A DNA stretch of 64,000 nucleotides, taken from positions 2,378,389-2,442,388 of the forward strand of contig CAVNZM010000004.1 in assembly GCA_963693365.1 (NCBI GenBank), in the 5' to 3' direction. Numbering within the stretch: position 1 is the stretch's first letter; every line of letters begins with the position of its first letter. Below are positions 22,982-36,961 of this stretch, piece after piece. A model generated the notes under the pieces. It was not told where the DNA came from, ran no database searches, and worked only from the letters and a program-made list of their open reading frames with translations. The translations under genes were made by a program, and so were the position numbers. The stretch comes from Amoebidium appalachense. Taxonomy: Eukaryota; Protista; Ichthyosporea.

Positions 22982-23720
22982 CACCACCACCTATCTTTGG
23001 CCACTGTACCTCCCCCTCCCCCCCCCCCCCCCCCCCCCCTCCCCCCCCCTCCCGAAAAAAAAAAAAACCCCCCCTTATCCCCCCCCCCCCCCCCCCCCCC
23101 CCCAACACACACACACACACACACACACCACCACCACCACCACTTTCTCGTTCGGACACACACATTCTTCACCTAGGCAGCACCCACACTCCACCCAATT
23201 ATGTGCTCAAGCACATTTTCCACTTCGTTGCCACATCTCTGTTGGGAAATGTCTGAGTCCTAGCCATGTGGCGCCCTGCCTATATGTGGCTTTGGTTGCT
23301 GTAGCTTGCTTGTCTGAGTGTGTGGGTTGCCAAGCATACGCTGCAGACATAACAAAACACAACAATCTTCAACCCTATTAAGGTATACTAGCACAAAGAT
23401 CGTCTTGCTAGAGCTATTAACCTGAACCTTTTATTAAGGGTCGTGTAAGCCTGAAATAACGACTGACTGGGCCAATATCACAGGTGGCACATCGAGACCT
23501 GAAACCAGAAAATGTTTTGCTTCTTGAGCGAGATGAGCCGTTCACACAGACCAAGCTGTGTGACTTTGGGTTTGCTCGTATCGTTGGAGAGGACTCGTTC
23601 ATGAAATCGCTTGTCGGGACAAAGGCATATGTTGGTATGCCCCCCGCCCCACCCCCTCCTCCTCCTCCTCCTCCTTATCCTTCCCCCCTTCCGTCCATCT
23701 CTCTTCGGCACTGCTTCAGC

Positions 23721-23760
<40 letters not shown>

Positions 23761-24121
23761 ACTCCCTCCCTCCCCCCCTCCCCGTCGGCCCCCGCCCCCC
23801 GGCGCCCCCTTCACCCTTATGGGGATAGGTGTTGGGAACTTGACCAGGAGTGTAAGAAGGGCGAACCTGAACATTTCCCCCACATGGTGCCCGTTTCTCT
23901 CACCTTTTCCTTTACTTGCTCCCCTCGTATATACGCGGGCTAAGGGGTCGAAACTCAGACGCAATTGATGACTTGGGTCCTCCCTGAGGATGGGCTCTGC
24001 TTATGACGCATACTGTGCACATGGCTGATGTTGCATACTTGAGTGTTTGCCTTTGCATGTGTCCTGCACCATGCTTCTCGTCGTGTATGCGTACTTCGTA
24101 CCGTGTTCCGCATTCAACCCC

Positions 24122-24152
<31 letters not shown>

Positions 24153-24185
24153 AAAAAAAAAAAAAAAGCACACACACGGACAACA

Positions 24186-24276
<91 letters not shown>

Positions 24277-24311
24277 AGACACACATGCACACACACACAC
24301 ACACACACACA

Positions 24312-24349
<38 letters not shown>

Positions 24350-24663
24350 GCTCGCACAGGTCACACACACATTCAAGCCCGCCCCTCTGCCACTGGCTCG
24401 TCCCCCTCCTCCCCCCCCTTCCTCGAGGATGGGCTCGGCTTACTGTCCATACTGTTGTGTGTTTTTTGCACTCCTCGTTGTGTTGTCCGTCATCAACGTG
24501 CACTTCGTACCGAACATTCTACCCCCTTCCCCTTCTCCCCCCACCCCCCACCCCCACCCCCCTCCCCACCATCACTCCTTCCCCCCTCCTCCAAGATAAC
24601 TCACTTGTGATGCATACTGTTGTAATCCGCATGTCCCGTCCGTCATAAAAAGAACATATCATG

Positions 24664-24694
<31 letters not shown>

Positions 24695-24780
24695 GTGAAA
24701 GAGAGAGGGAGTGGGGGGGGGGGGGGTAGACTATTTTGTTGGTGGGGGTAGTGTTTCAGCTGGTCAGTGAAAAGAATATT

Positions 24781-24817
<37 letters not shown>

Positions 24818-25211
24818 GTGGTTTTGGTCCAACCACCTGACCGGTTTTTTGCAGCGCCGGAAGTGCTGACGGCCAACTTCACATACGGTTACAAACTCAA
24901 GGTGGACCTGTGGTCCGTGGGCGTGGTGGCTTATGTGGCACTCAGTGGCACATTCCCATTCAAGTACGTAATGTGAAACGATAAGGGGTACATGGGCAGA
25001 GAGGCGGTTTTTACTTTGTGGTCTTAATCTGTCACTACACACACACATACACACGCACACACACACTCTCTCTCTCCCCTCCCCCCCCCCCCCCCCCCCC
25101 CCCTCTCTCTCTCTCTCTCTCGCCCTCTCTCTATCTCTACCCACCCTCCCCCTCCCTCTCCTCTCTCTTTCTCTCTCTCTCTTTCTCTCTCTCTCTTTCT
25201 CTCTCTCTCTC

Positions 25212-25251
<40 letters not shown>

Positions 25252-25372
25252 TCTCATCTTTCTTTCCTTTTCCTTCTGCCCCTCTTTGCGTTCGTGTATG
25301 CGGCTGTTCATTTGTGGGTGGTAGGGCGGCTGCATGTTGTTCGTGTGTGTGCGTGTGTGCATGTGTAGGTTC

Positions 25373-25435
<63 letters not shown>

Positions 25436-26025
25436 TCGGGGATGGGGGTAGGCAGTGGTGGTGGTGGTGGTGGGGGGGGGGGGGGGGGGGGGGGATGTGA
25501 CCGAGATATGACCCAAGACCCGGGGGGGGGGGGGGGGGTAAATAGGGGGGGGAAATGTTTTAAAAAGGCAAGGAATACGACCAAACACAAGCGCTGGTTT
25601 ATTCACTCTAGCAGCTCATTATTTCAGCTGGTGAAGCCTTCGATAAAAACTTTGAATGTTTTTGAGTATCATGTTTAGTAGTTTTTGTAGCAATACTAAT
25701 CGTAGCTACCTTATTCCGGTGCAGTGAGAATGAGCCCATCACCCCCAGGTCGCTGTTGCCACAAAACCTCTTCCCGGAGGCTACATGGGGCCATGTATCA
25801 GACGAAGGTACCAATCCTATATTGAAGAAACATTGGGCCAGTAAATTATCTGAAGTGAATCTGTGGATATGCATATTAAGGGATTACTTGGGCGTTTCTG
25901 AATGTGTGATGGGTTGCACCGTGCTTGTTCTGTGCTCTTGTCTTTATGAAATGCATTTCTTCTCCTGTGGTGTTTATTTTCTGTTTTCTGCCAGGAATCA
26001 TTTATTTTATTTATACCTTAGCATG

Positions 26026-26060
<35 letters not shown>

Positions 26061-26696
26061 GCGCCCACATGCGCGTGCACACACACGCATGCACACATGC
26101 GCATGCACAATCACACTCATAAACACACACACACACACACACACACATGCACACGTGCGCACACACACACACACACATGCACATGCACATGCGCACTTAT
26201 AACTTGACCCACTTACACACACACGGCGCTCAAGCACACTGCACGATTGGAGTGTTTTGGGCAACAACCTATATGGAAGCTCACATCTGAAATAGAAGAA
26301 CATTACCCAAATGCATTCTTATACGAGTCTCTTAACCAAGCATCAATATATCCAGCTGGTCCGCTTTTTTCTCCTCGCATCCTGCTTTAGTGCTGTGCCA
26401 CATATGAAACAACACCAGTTGCCATGCTGACATTTATCATTTAGGCAAGAACTGGATCTACCGCTGCTTCATGATCCACCCGGACCAGCGCTTTAGTGCC
26501 GTTGAGGCCCTTCAGGACCCTTGGCTACAGGTGGGACTGCTTCTCCTCTCTCGCCCTCCCCCTCACCCTCTCCCTTTCTTTGCCCCAGGATGGGCTCTGT
26601 GCTCTGCAATATGCATTGTGTTGTCCGTCATGAGTGTGTGTGTGTGTGTGTGTGTGTGCGAGGGCGAGTGTGTGAGTGTGTGGTGGTGGTGTGTGT

Positions 26697-26733
<37 letters not shown>

Positions 26734-27121
26734 CTCTTGTCTGTGGTCTCCCCTTTCCTGCTGTATGTTCTTGTTTGTACGTGCTTCCTTGTGTATCTTT
26801 TTTGTGCCCCCTCACCCCCCCCTCCCCCCCCCCCCCCCCCCCCTCTCACCCCCCTCCCACCACCACCACCACCACACACACACACACACACACACACAAG
26901 GATAGCTTTGCATCGACAACCCTGCCCCAATACAAAAGTGCTCTTCGGTGTGTTTGCTACACCTATCACATGACTCTGTGTATACCCCTTGATTATATAG
27001 GGTCACTGATGTATGGGTGTTGGGCACTTAGGACGCACAACTCAAGAGCGACCTGCTGATGACCGAGATTAGACTGAACCAGGGCCCCATATTCCAGGTC
27101 TACAAGTACATGCGCATCTAG
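20596..27121 (+). CDS. Protein kinase D (PKD/PRKD)-type Ser/Thr kinase with Q/P-rich N-terminus and no C1/PH domains, 7 exons, ~434 aa
   Basis: Exons 20596-21102, 21975-22253, 23484-23634, 24855-24963, 25725-25807, 26445-26530, 27032-27121 in frame. [72 protein letters not shown] and PWLQD closely follow the PKD catalytic domain. Confidence 0.88.
23946..24117 (+). mobile_element. Poly(C)-associated retroposon-like family, diverged subfamily copy (kinase intron 3)
   Basis: GGTCGAAACTC..GATGACTTGGGTCC..CTGAGGATGGGCTCTGCTTA..GTACTTCGTAC..GCATTCAA then poly(C). May extend 5' to ~23805. Shorter relatives at 24425-24521 and 26588-26636. Confidence 0.72.
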
Positions 27122-27328
27122 GTGTGTGCATGTGTGTGTGTGTGTGTGTGTGTTTGGTGGGACCATAAAAAATATTCATTGATATTTAAGCGTGTACATA
27201 AATGGTAGATTTATTTTGTAGGGTGTTATTACTTATGAGAGACTATGACCGTGTGTGTTATCAAGCAAGAACAATGACCCATAGGGTCGTATACGAAATT
27301 GATATAATGCACCCTTTTTTGGGTTTGT

Positions 27329-27359
<31 letters not shown>

Positions 27360-27432
27360 TTGTTGTCACTAATTCATTTGCACATGCGCGCATGCGTGCG
27401 TGTGTGCACACACATGCACGTATACACACACA

Positions 27433-27488
<56 letters not shown>

Positions 27489-28187
27489 CCACACGCACAC
27501 ACCCATGCCCTCGGTGAACACAATTATTAGTTTGGCTATTTGTGCCCATCCATTTGCATGCACAAGCCGTAGAATTTGTAATATCATGCAGAGGACACAC
27601 CGCACGTACCAATCCCTCTGTGCCTCTGATTATACTTGCTTTGGCTATAAATGCGAAAATGTTTTGCCATACGGCTGGCATGGATTGTTCGTTTCCAAGA
27701 GGTGTTGGGTTAGTATTGAATATGGTGGTTGTGGTAGGCAAATAGAGGACGTCCCTTGAAAAGGTTACGTGCTTATGAGTTGTTTATTTACATGTGTTTT
27801 TGGCAGTGAATATGTGTGAACACCACCCGTTTGTGTTTTTAGTTTCATATTTTGGGGTTTTACATGATGTAGGGATGATAGAATTTGTGTGGAGTACGTA
27901 GCATTCCATGAAACCAACATGTGATTTGGTGATTACGAACCACCTCAGCTCTTCTTCGTTTTCTTTCCTTTTTCCCCTCCCCTATTTTTTCGGGGGTTTT
28001 TTGTTTTTCATCTAGACTGAAAAACTTGCCACCGACGGTAGGATGGTGTAGCGACTTTCTGGGTGCAGGGCACTCCGACTGATAGGCCACATCTTATTGG
28101 TTGTGGCTCAAGGGTTAAATTTGTCAACATAGTGAACATTCCTGAACATTTTACCAGCCTGCAGACCACGTGTAGAACCTCCTCCCC

Positions 28188-28225
<38 letters not shown>

Positions 28226-29005
28226 CCGCGCAATGAAAGCATACGTATACACACACCACCGCAGCCACCGTACCCACATGCCACGCACATGTATGCAACC
28301 CCTTACACAGTGACAGTCACGGTGTTACACATGCCGTTATAGATCTGCATTAATGGCATTTAAGGCACCTTAAGCTCCCCCACACACCCTTCCCCCTCCC
28401 CTACCTAAGCACCACCACCACCACCATCACCGCCATAGGTGCGTGCGTGCACACACACGCACACACGTACACACACGTACGCGCGCGCATACACGCACGC
28501 ACGCACCATCACCACCACCATCACCCGTGACCTCGTACTAGTATGTGTCCCCCTCGATCCCCACCACCACCACCACCACCTACCCCACAACCACCACCAC
28601 CACATGTGCACACGATGGTACACTGTGGCACACACCCACACAGTCGCACACCCACATACACACACATACCACCGCCACAACCATCACTGGGCCAGGGACC
28701 TCGTCTATAGGAGCTTCAAGGGCCGTATTCCCCTACCACCACCCAGTCCCCCCCACTGCTGGGCCCACCCCACCCCCTTCCGGGGAACACACACACACAT
28801 AGCACGCACACCAAAGCACACACGCGTACACACATACACACAAAAAAAACATGCACACACGTCACACACACACACACACACACACAGACACACACATACA
28901 TACATACGTGTGCGCGCGCACACCGCACCCACACACATACGTGCGCGTGCACACACGCGCACGCGCACACACACACACAACACAACACACGCAAATATTA
29001 ATGCA

Positions 29006-29096
<91 letters not shown>

Positions 29097-29424
29097 CACA
29101 AGCACATGCGCACACACAAGGGGATCATTGCACTTTATTGGCCGTTCCCTCCGGCCAATCCGGAAACACAACATGTGTTCCATATGCATGATATGTACAT
29201 CATACTACAGCCGAGTTACCCCTTATTACAACACGTGCAAGCACAGCAGAGCCTCGCCTGAGACACACATGCCCACGTAGTGCCTCGCTCAGGCTATCGC
29301 ACAGGCACAACGCTGGCCCTAATATGTTTGGTGTCCAGACATGTACCTATGCATGCTGCTGGCCCTATCTTTCGAACCGATATCGGAGTCCTTGTGAGGG
29401 TGACCGTCACGCTTCCCTTTCCAG

Positions 29425-29881
29425 AGGGTTTAACCACATCGGCAGAATCAACTTGCTCCAAGCAGAATTATCCTGCAAAAAAACAGAAATATGCTCTGTT
29501 TGAAGCAGAATTATTCAGCAAAAGCATAATTATTCCGCTTCTGAGCAGAATTGTCAGTGCTTTGAGCAGAATCCTGCTTCAAAAGAATATATTTGTAAAC
29601 GGAAAAAAATTGAATAATTCTCGGACTGATTCGGCTCATGGCAGCAGAATAATCTTGCTCCAAGCACAGCTTTCTGCTTTTCGGAGCGTCATTCTGCTTT
29701 TTTCAAATTAAATCTGCCCTTAGCAGGATATTTAGGGTCTGTAAAATGATTCTGCTTTTGCCGAATAAAATTGAGATTAGTATTTTTGCTTATCGGCTAA
29801 GTTGCAGAATAATCCTGTTACATTTGCGGAATAATTCTGCACGCAGGGTCAACGTTCAATCTACTTATGTGGTTGGGCTCT
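29425..29881. mobile_element. Foldback MITE (older copy), AG..CT termini, internal GCAGAATTATTCTGC-like subrepeats
   Basis: Left end agggtttaaccacatcggcagaatcaacttgc, right end atgtggttgggctct, flanks ttccag/ttgcag (5/6 TSD match). Same family as 36558-36961. Confidence 0.72.
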
Positions 29882-30003
29882 TTGCAGGGCCTGGCTTCAT
29901 TCTACGATAACAATGCGAACGATAGACATATGGCATACGCCCACATACTCCAGGCTACGCTCGTGCGAGCTCCCGCAACCCTTCCTCCCTACCTCCCGGG
30001 CCC

Positions 30004-30036
<33 letters not shown>

Positions 30037-30754
30037 ATCCTCCCCCCTCCCCTTCCTCCCCTTTCCCCCTCCCAACTCACGCACACACACACATTGCCAT
30101 GTGCACACGCCATGTGCGTTTGCAAACGTGCGCACACGGTCACTGCGCAACCTTCATGTCCCTGCATTTTCGGGTTACCGACTTTCTTTATCTGCAATTA
30201 GAATTTTGTCAGAAACACCGTATGTGTGCCCGCATGTGCCTCAGTTGAAGAATTTAAGTGTGCAACAACATTATTGGCACGTGGCACGGTGCAATCTCAT
30301 TTGCTGTGCCACCGCAGCCTGTGCGCGGTACTTATCTATTCTGATTAGCGAGTCAACCTCAGCCGTGGCACTCGTGCATGTGCACCCCCAGGGGCACGGC
30401 ATGTTCAACCGCCCACCTGTCTTACAAGCAACACAACTACTGTAACGACAATCCCCAGACCTTGCCTCTTGATATCACTCTAGCTGCAGTTCAACGATAA
30501 AACTACATGTAATACAGCAAGGACGCACAACTATATATATAACATGGCCATGCCATGAGCTCCAGCCTTTCTTACAACATCTCTTTAGACGTCTACGACA
30601 CTTTACATAAATCGACCTCCTTAGTGCTAGTAACGGCAACTCCTGCCCACTTACTTCCTGAGATCAAATCGAATACAACGGTGCAAGCCGCATCCATAAA
30701 GATGTCAAATTTATATAACAAACGGAACCCTTAATATAGCAAGGCCTCCTTTCC

Positions 30755-31723
30755 TTAATGGCGACCGTGGCCACCACCGGGACGCGGCAACACAAAAGAG
30801 GGTGGGATTCCGGAGCATCCTTTGGGGAACTTTCCTCTCTTCCCGCCCATGCACTTAGCGCAATTCTGGAGGGTCGTGAAGCATGCCACACACCCAGAAC
30901 CGGTCAGCCCCGCCTTGCACTTGGTTGTGCACTCGGCAACATTAGCAACACTTGCCGTGCACGCACTGCACTCAGTCTTGGTAAAGTTCAAACACTTCAG
31001 TGAGTCGCAACCAGCATCAACCAAAGCAGCCGTGTTGTTGTAAATGCAGCTACCACAATCCTTTGACTTGCTTCGGCACATGTCGCATGCAGCAGTGTCC
31101 TGGCCACCAGACTCAATACACTTGATGCATTCACCCGTGCGGTTTGCGTCGCTCGGACAGGCAGGGCAAATTTGGCTAACGGCGGCGCGGCATTTCAGCC
31201 CCTGGCACCCTGCGTCAATGAGAGACTGAGCGTTTGTGTCGATGCACACAGCACACGAGTTTGCCTTCTGAAAGCATTCCAAGCATGTGGGGTTGGTGAC
31301 GCTCGGCTTGGCGAGGCAGCGGGTGCAGCTGGCATTGCGGTCGAAGATGGTGCAGCCAGGGCACGTTGTGCCCACAGCCTTCTGACACTGCAGGAAAGTG
31401 CAGTTCCCAGCAATGAGCGTGTCGATGTTGGCCTGCAAACACGCATCACACTCCGTTTTGTTAACCCCTCCGTCGCGTCCGTGATCACGAGTTTTGTTGC
31501 CGCGGGTGGGGATGCAAACGGGACAAGTGGTGTTCACGGCATTGCGGCAGTCTGTGTTGTTTCCGCTGAGGTAGTCGCCTGCTGGGTAAATTTTGTTGAA
31601 GTCGACGCTCTTGAGCCCCATGGGACGGCGGTCTTCGCGGTCGGCCTTAACGGTTACAATGGCAGGCACTGAGAGAAGAAGCGCCAAAAAGGCGAGGCGA
31701 GTGGGGGCCCTGGAGAGGTGCAT
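30755..31723 (-). CDS. Intronless secreted cysteine-rich protein (322 aa) with four ~65-aa CxxC-containing repeats
   Basis: Complex-sequence ORF with a hydrophobic signal-peptide-like N-terminus (RLAFLALLLSVPAIVTVKA). 36 Cys arranged 6+10+10+10, with recurring C-x3-V-x3-CPxC ... CxxCIxxN-x3-LIxAGC-xxL-xC and many N-x-S/T sequons. Confidence 0.85.
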   Translation of the reverse strand: MHLSRAPTRLAFLALLLSVPAIVTVKADREDRRPMGLKSVDFNKIYPAGDYLSGNNTDCRNAVNTTCPVCIPTRGNKTRDHGRDGGVNKTECDACLQANIDTLIAGNCTFLQCQKAVGTTCPGCTIFDRNASCTRCLAKPSVTNPTCLECFQKANSCAVCIDTNAQSLIDAGCQGLKCRAAVSQICPACPSDANRTGECIKCIESGGQDTAACDMCRSKSKDCGSCIYNNTAALVDAGCDSLKCLNFTKTECSACTASVANVAECTTKCKAGLTGSGCVACFTTLQNCAKCMGGKRGKFPKGCSGIPPSFVLPRPGGGHGRH

Positions 31724-31829
31724 GGTGCCGGGTGTGTTTTGAGATGATATGTCGTAGTAAACGGTGTTGACTTATTGACAGTGTGGGGTTACGCTCTGTG
31801 TGTCTGTTTATTTAAGCACACTGTTTCTT

Positions 31830-31876
<47 letters not shown>

Positions 31877-33647
31877 CTGTGTGCGTATGCTCTCGTTTTT
31901 GAAGGCCACCTGGGCCGTGGGTGTTTGGCCACTGGCAACTGGCTGGTGTGGCAAGGGGACTTGAATTCCAGATTGCTGTTTCGAACATTCTTCTGTGATA
32001 ACAAAGCGAGTGATTGGATGAATTTATCAACCTCCTAGACCTAGTCCGTGATCGTTGCAGAGTGGCAGTTTTGTAATATCATACAGCGCGCTTCAAAGAC
32101 GAAAAAAATCAACAGCGCAAGGGTTACTAATCTTATACTCATAGTCAGGTTTGGAAAATAAAAGGAGTCTGTGTAATTGTTGACTATTATTTTATACGTC
32201 CACAAGAGTGTAGGGTGATCACTAATGCGGTGACACACCCACAGAGGGCTTCGGCGACTAATGGCGCATGCAACGGACTTCCGCCGCCTTATTAGACTCC
32301 GGCAAGAATCTCTAGATTGAATAAAATTAAACAATCTGTATGTAGCATGAATTATCGTATATGATTGGTTTATAAACGATCGGCTGCATAAATCAGTTAG
32401 AATTGGGACATGGTTGTTTCGAAATCGGTTTCCCTTTTTCCCGGAAAACAGGGCCAGCTTGGGTTACACTCAACCCGCCAAAGTTTGGTGTGTTTATTTT
32501 TGTCTTTGAATATATAAGATTAATAAAGAAAGAAAAGACAACAAAAGTTTTTATATAGAAGTGTAATTCAAAAAAATATATAAAAAACAGTCCCCTAGGC
32601 AAAGGTTAGCGGCGCCGCAGCTCAAATCTATGAAATTGATCGGGGTTCAAATGTTTTCGATTCGATCGACAATTCGAACCCTGACATCCGAGGTCTAACG
32701 GTTGCGTGACTTGGACCGGCAAGATGCAACCAAAAGGTGTCGTTATACTCAGTAGGGTAATTCAAGGTCTATAGACAAACAAACCGTGCTGTTGGTGCAT
32801 TAAAAATAGCAATTATACCAAATATTTTTAGAGAAGTATAAAGCCATGGGAAAATTTGTACTCTAGCGCGAATGTGTCAAGATTTTTAATAGTACGATTC
32901 CAAACATATACAAATTTCTTGACAAAAGCACTGATAATCTACAGTCAAAAACCAAAGGAAGAATAATTAAAAATAGAAGAACCTTTAGATATTTTATACT
33001 GTTTGCTTTCCCGCTTGTTATATAATTTTTGTGTTGTTTGTAGGTGTCCAAAGCATTTTGACGGGTCATTTTTTATGCCTCACGTGTTTCTGTTGACAGT
33101 AGATCTGGTATAATTTTACTAATGGCGGCAGCCAGATGATCGATCATATAATTTTGCACGACTCTCCGTTGTTGCGGATCTGATTAAGCGGCTTACGTCA
33201 CTGTGACCGAGCCCGGCGGTGTCTGAGGTGGCACAGTCATCTTTCCATTTTGAGTATGACAATGGGACGTGAGAGGTAATGTAATGTGTGTATGCATGTG
33301 TGTGTGCGTGTGTGCATCTGTGTTCGTGTGCGTGTGCGTGTGGAGGGAGGGAGGGAGGGAGGAGGGACGATAACGTGGGTGTGCGTCGATACCTTGCCGT
33401 ACCTCAGGATTCACGAATGCTGATGATCTCTAGGTGTTCTTTAGGAATGCGTCTAAAACTGGGCCATGATGCCCGGCGCCGCGGGTGCCGCGGCCAGCTG
33501 GCCTTTTGAGAGAACAGGCTATTTTTGTCACGCGTACGAGCAAGTTGATGTTCCTGGAACAGCCGGGCCGTGATGCCTGGACATCCGGAATGCCTGCCCG
33601 GTCCCCCCCCCCCACTCCCCCCGCGCGCCCCTCTCTCTCTCTCCGAG

Positions 33648-33897
<250 letters not shown>

Positions 33898-33965
33898 CCA
33901 TCCCCTACCTCTCCTCCCCCCCCCCCCCCCTCCCCCCCCTCCCCCCCCCCCTCCTCCTCCTCCCC

Positions 33966-34030
<65 letters not shown>

Positions 34031-34600
34031 TTCCTTTGTTTTTTGGCGTCCAGGGTCTGCGGGCTCCTTCCCATGGAGAGGCATGCTCTTTCTGTTGAGT
34101 ACAATGTATTACTAAAATGTACATTCGAGTATGTACATGAAGCTACTGTACCTGAGTTGAACCGTTGAACGTTGCACATGTTTTGGAGCGTACAAAAGCA
34201 GCTTCAAGTTTACTGAATAGACCGTTCCGTGGCACAATATATGATCCGAAGTTAACGTTATAGGAGGGCGGCCCGGGCCAGCGAATCACATGCAGACAGG
34301 CACACAGAAGATTCAACACCCAGTAAGCACATTCACACACATTATTAGGCGGCCTGTTGTCCACCTACACACAATGGTATGGACTCGACGTTGATAGAGA
34401 TCAACTGAGTGAATGAACTTCCGGGACTAACGAAAACAATATATATGGAGAGCCCAGAGGAAGACTTGGCCTATCTGCTGTCCGGGAGACTAGTACTTAA
34501 TGAGAGGGTTCTTGGAAACAACGTCAGTCAAAGAATGAGAATAACCCTCGCGCAAGAGAGAGAGATGATAACAGAGTCGTGGAAGAGGAGATGGTGGTAG

Positions 34601-34638
<38 letters not shown>

Positions 34639-34732
34639 GGCTGCAGTGAGAGAGAGAGAGAGAGAGATATTGAGAGACGGGGAGGGAAAGAGCCTGCGAG
34701 AGAGAGTGTGCGTGTGGGGGGAGAGAGAGAGA

Positions 34733-34905
<173 letters not shown>

Positions 34906-34907
34906 CT

Positions 34908-35200
34908 CATGTATTCGGCGCACACCTGAGATAAAGTATTCGGTATACAGGTGCACACAGACAGACACATGTATTCGGTGCACTAGCTAGACAGACACAT
35001 GTATTCGGTGCACACAGACAGAAAAAATCGGTATTCGGTGCACACAGTATAATTCGGTGCACACAGATATACACATGTATTCGGTGCACACATACACAGG
35101 TACTCGGTGCACACAGACAGGCACTGTATTCGGTGCACACAGGCAGAAAAAATGTATTCGGTGCACACAGACAGAAAGAATGTAATCAGTGCACGCAAAC
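34908..35200. repeat. Minisatellite, ~11 units with core GTATTCGGTGCACAC, period ~20-35 bp
   Basis: Repeated core separated by related agacagacacat-like linkers; lies between two (GA)n runs. Confidence 0.85.
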
Positions 35201-35325
35201 AGACGTATTCAATCGGAACTTCGTGGGGACTCATGCAGAGGCAAGAAATTTTTTGATGTTTTTGATAGAATCACGCCCGCTTCAAGGGGCCGGGGGGGGG
35301 GGGGGGGGGGAGAGGGGGGGGGGGG

Positions 35326-35488
<163 letters not shown>

Positions 35489-35940
35489 AGAGAGAGAGAG
35501 AGGGAGCCTTTGCGCAAGGAGGGTGGGGAGGAAGAGAGAGTCCTCAGATAGAGAGAGAAAGAGAGCGAGAGAGAGAATTGAGAGGGGAGGGGGAGGGCGG
35601 GAAGGGGGAGAGGAGGGGGGAGAGGGGAAGAGAAGGAGAGAGGGAGAGGGAGGCAGGGAGACGGAGAGAGCGAGCGAGAGAGAGAGAATCGGGAAGAGAG
35701 AGAGCTAAGAGAGAGAAAGAGAGAGAGAGCGCGCAAAGGAGAGGACCTAAAAAAGCGAATGAGTAAAGGAAACAGAGTTTTAACTCTGCACACGAACGTG
35801 GATTACCGTGTACACTTGAAAAGTACACAAACAAACACACACAGACAGATGAACAATACGCACACACGCGCGCGCACACACACACACCAACACACCCACA
35901 CACTCTACCTTAAAACTTAATGGTGAGAGGGGGTGAAATT

Positions 35941-36021
<81 letters not shown>

Positions 36022-36228
36022 GGGGGGTGGGGGTGGGAGTTGGGGGGGGGGGGGGGGGAGGGGGGGGGGGGGGCTTTCAACTCCGTATCGGTATGACCGT
36101 GGACTGGGGTGGATGGGCAGGGACATATTCCCAAGCAAGATGGGTGCCACTGTGGGTTCCGGAGCCAGCCAGGTTCGGAGGTTGCGGAAGCATGAAGGAC
36201 TCTGAGGTCAATCGGAGCACACCGTGAG

Positions 36229-36270
<42 letters not shown>

Positions 36271-36557
36271 TTTATTTTTTCCCCCTTCTTTTTTGGTGTG
36301 TTTGTGTGGGTGTTTGGGAGGAGGGTGAGGGTGGGTGGGTGGGTGGGTGGGTGGGTTGGGGGGGGGACCAGGTGGCAAGGGCGGAGGGGGTATAGTCTTG
36401 TGGGGTGGCCCAGGTGGGGCGGTGGATGGGGGAGCAGCAAGCCGTACCGTGTATGTAACAGATTGCTTTATTGGTGACGTGACTCGGGGCAGAACGAGTT
36501 ACAATTTCGCACACAGGCCGTGTGGTACTTGAGCTGACATCGTAGGCTAGGCTGTGA

Positions 36558-36961
36558 AGGACCCAACCACATCGGCAGAGTCAACTTGCGAAAAGCAGAA
36601 TTATTCTGCAAAAGCGGAATCATACTGCAAAAAGCAGAATTATTCTGCAACATCAGAATTATTCTGCAAAAGCAGAATCACTCTGCTTTCAGCAGAATTA
36701 TTCTGCAAAAGCAGAATCACTCTGCTTTCAGCAGAATCACTCTGCTTTTCGCAGAATCACTCTGCTTTTAGCAGAATAATTCTGCTTTTAGCAGATTGAT
36801 TCTGCTTTTAGCAGATTAATTCTGCTGTTTGCAGATTGATTCTGCTTTTAGCAGATTGATTCTGCTTTTGCAGAATAATTCTGCTTTTAGCAGATTGATT
36901 CTGCTTTTTGCAGAATAATTCTGCTCGGAGCAATTTGACTCAGCCGATGTGGTTGGGCCCT
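36558..36961. mobile_element. Foldback MITE, long TIRs with ~20-bp palindromic subrepeats, 6-bp TSD ctgtga
   Basis: Left end aggacccaaccacatcggcagagtcaacttgc matches the reverse complement of right end gcaatttgactcagccgatgtggttgggccct. The interior is tandem gcagaattattctgc/gcagattgattctgc units. ctgtga occurs at 36552-36557 and 36962-36967. Confidence 0.85.

Noticed and set aside
29280-29711. 143-aa ORF, and ORFs at 36468-36799 with AELF/SRII repeats
   Set aside because: Translations of the foldback MITE subrepeats.
32040-33200. AT-rich block (similar block at ~5340-5800) as a possible DNA transposon remnant
   Set aside because: No convincing TIRs, TSD or transposase motifs found by eye.
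34908-35200. CRISPR-like look of a conserved 15-bp core with variable spacers
   Set aside because: Spacers are short and related to each other, there are no cas genes, and the context is eukaryotic: a minisatellite.
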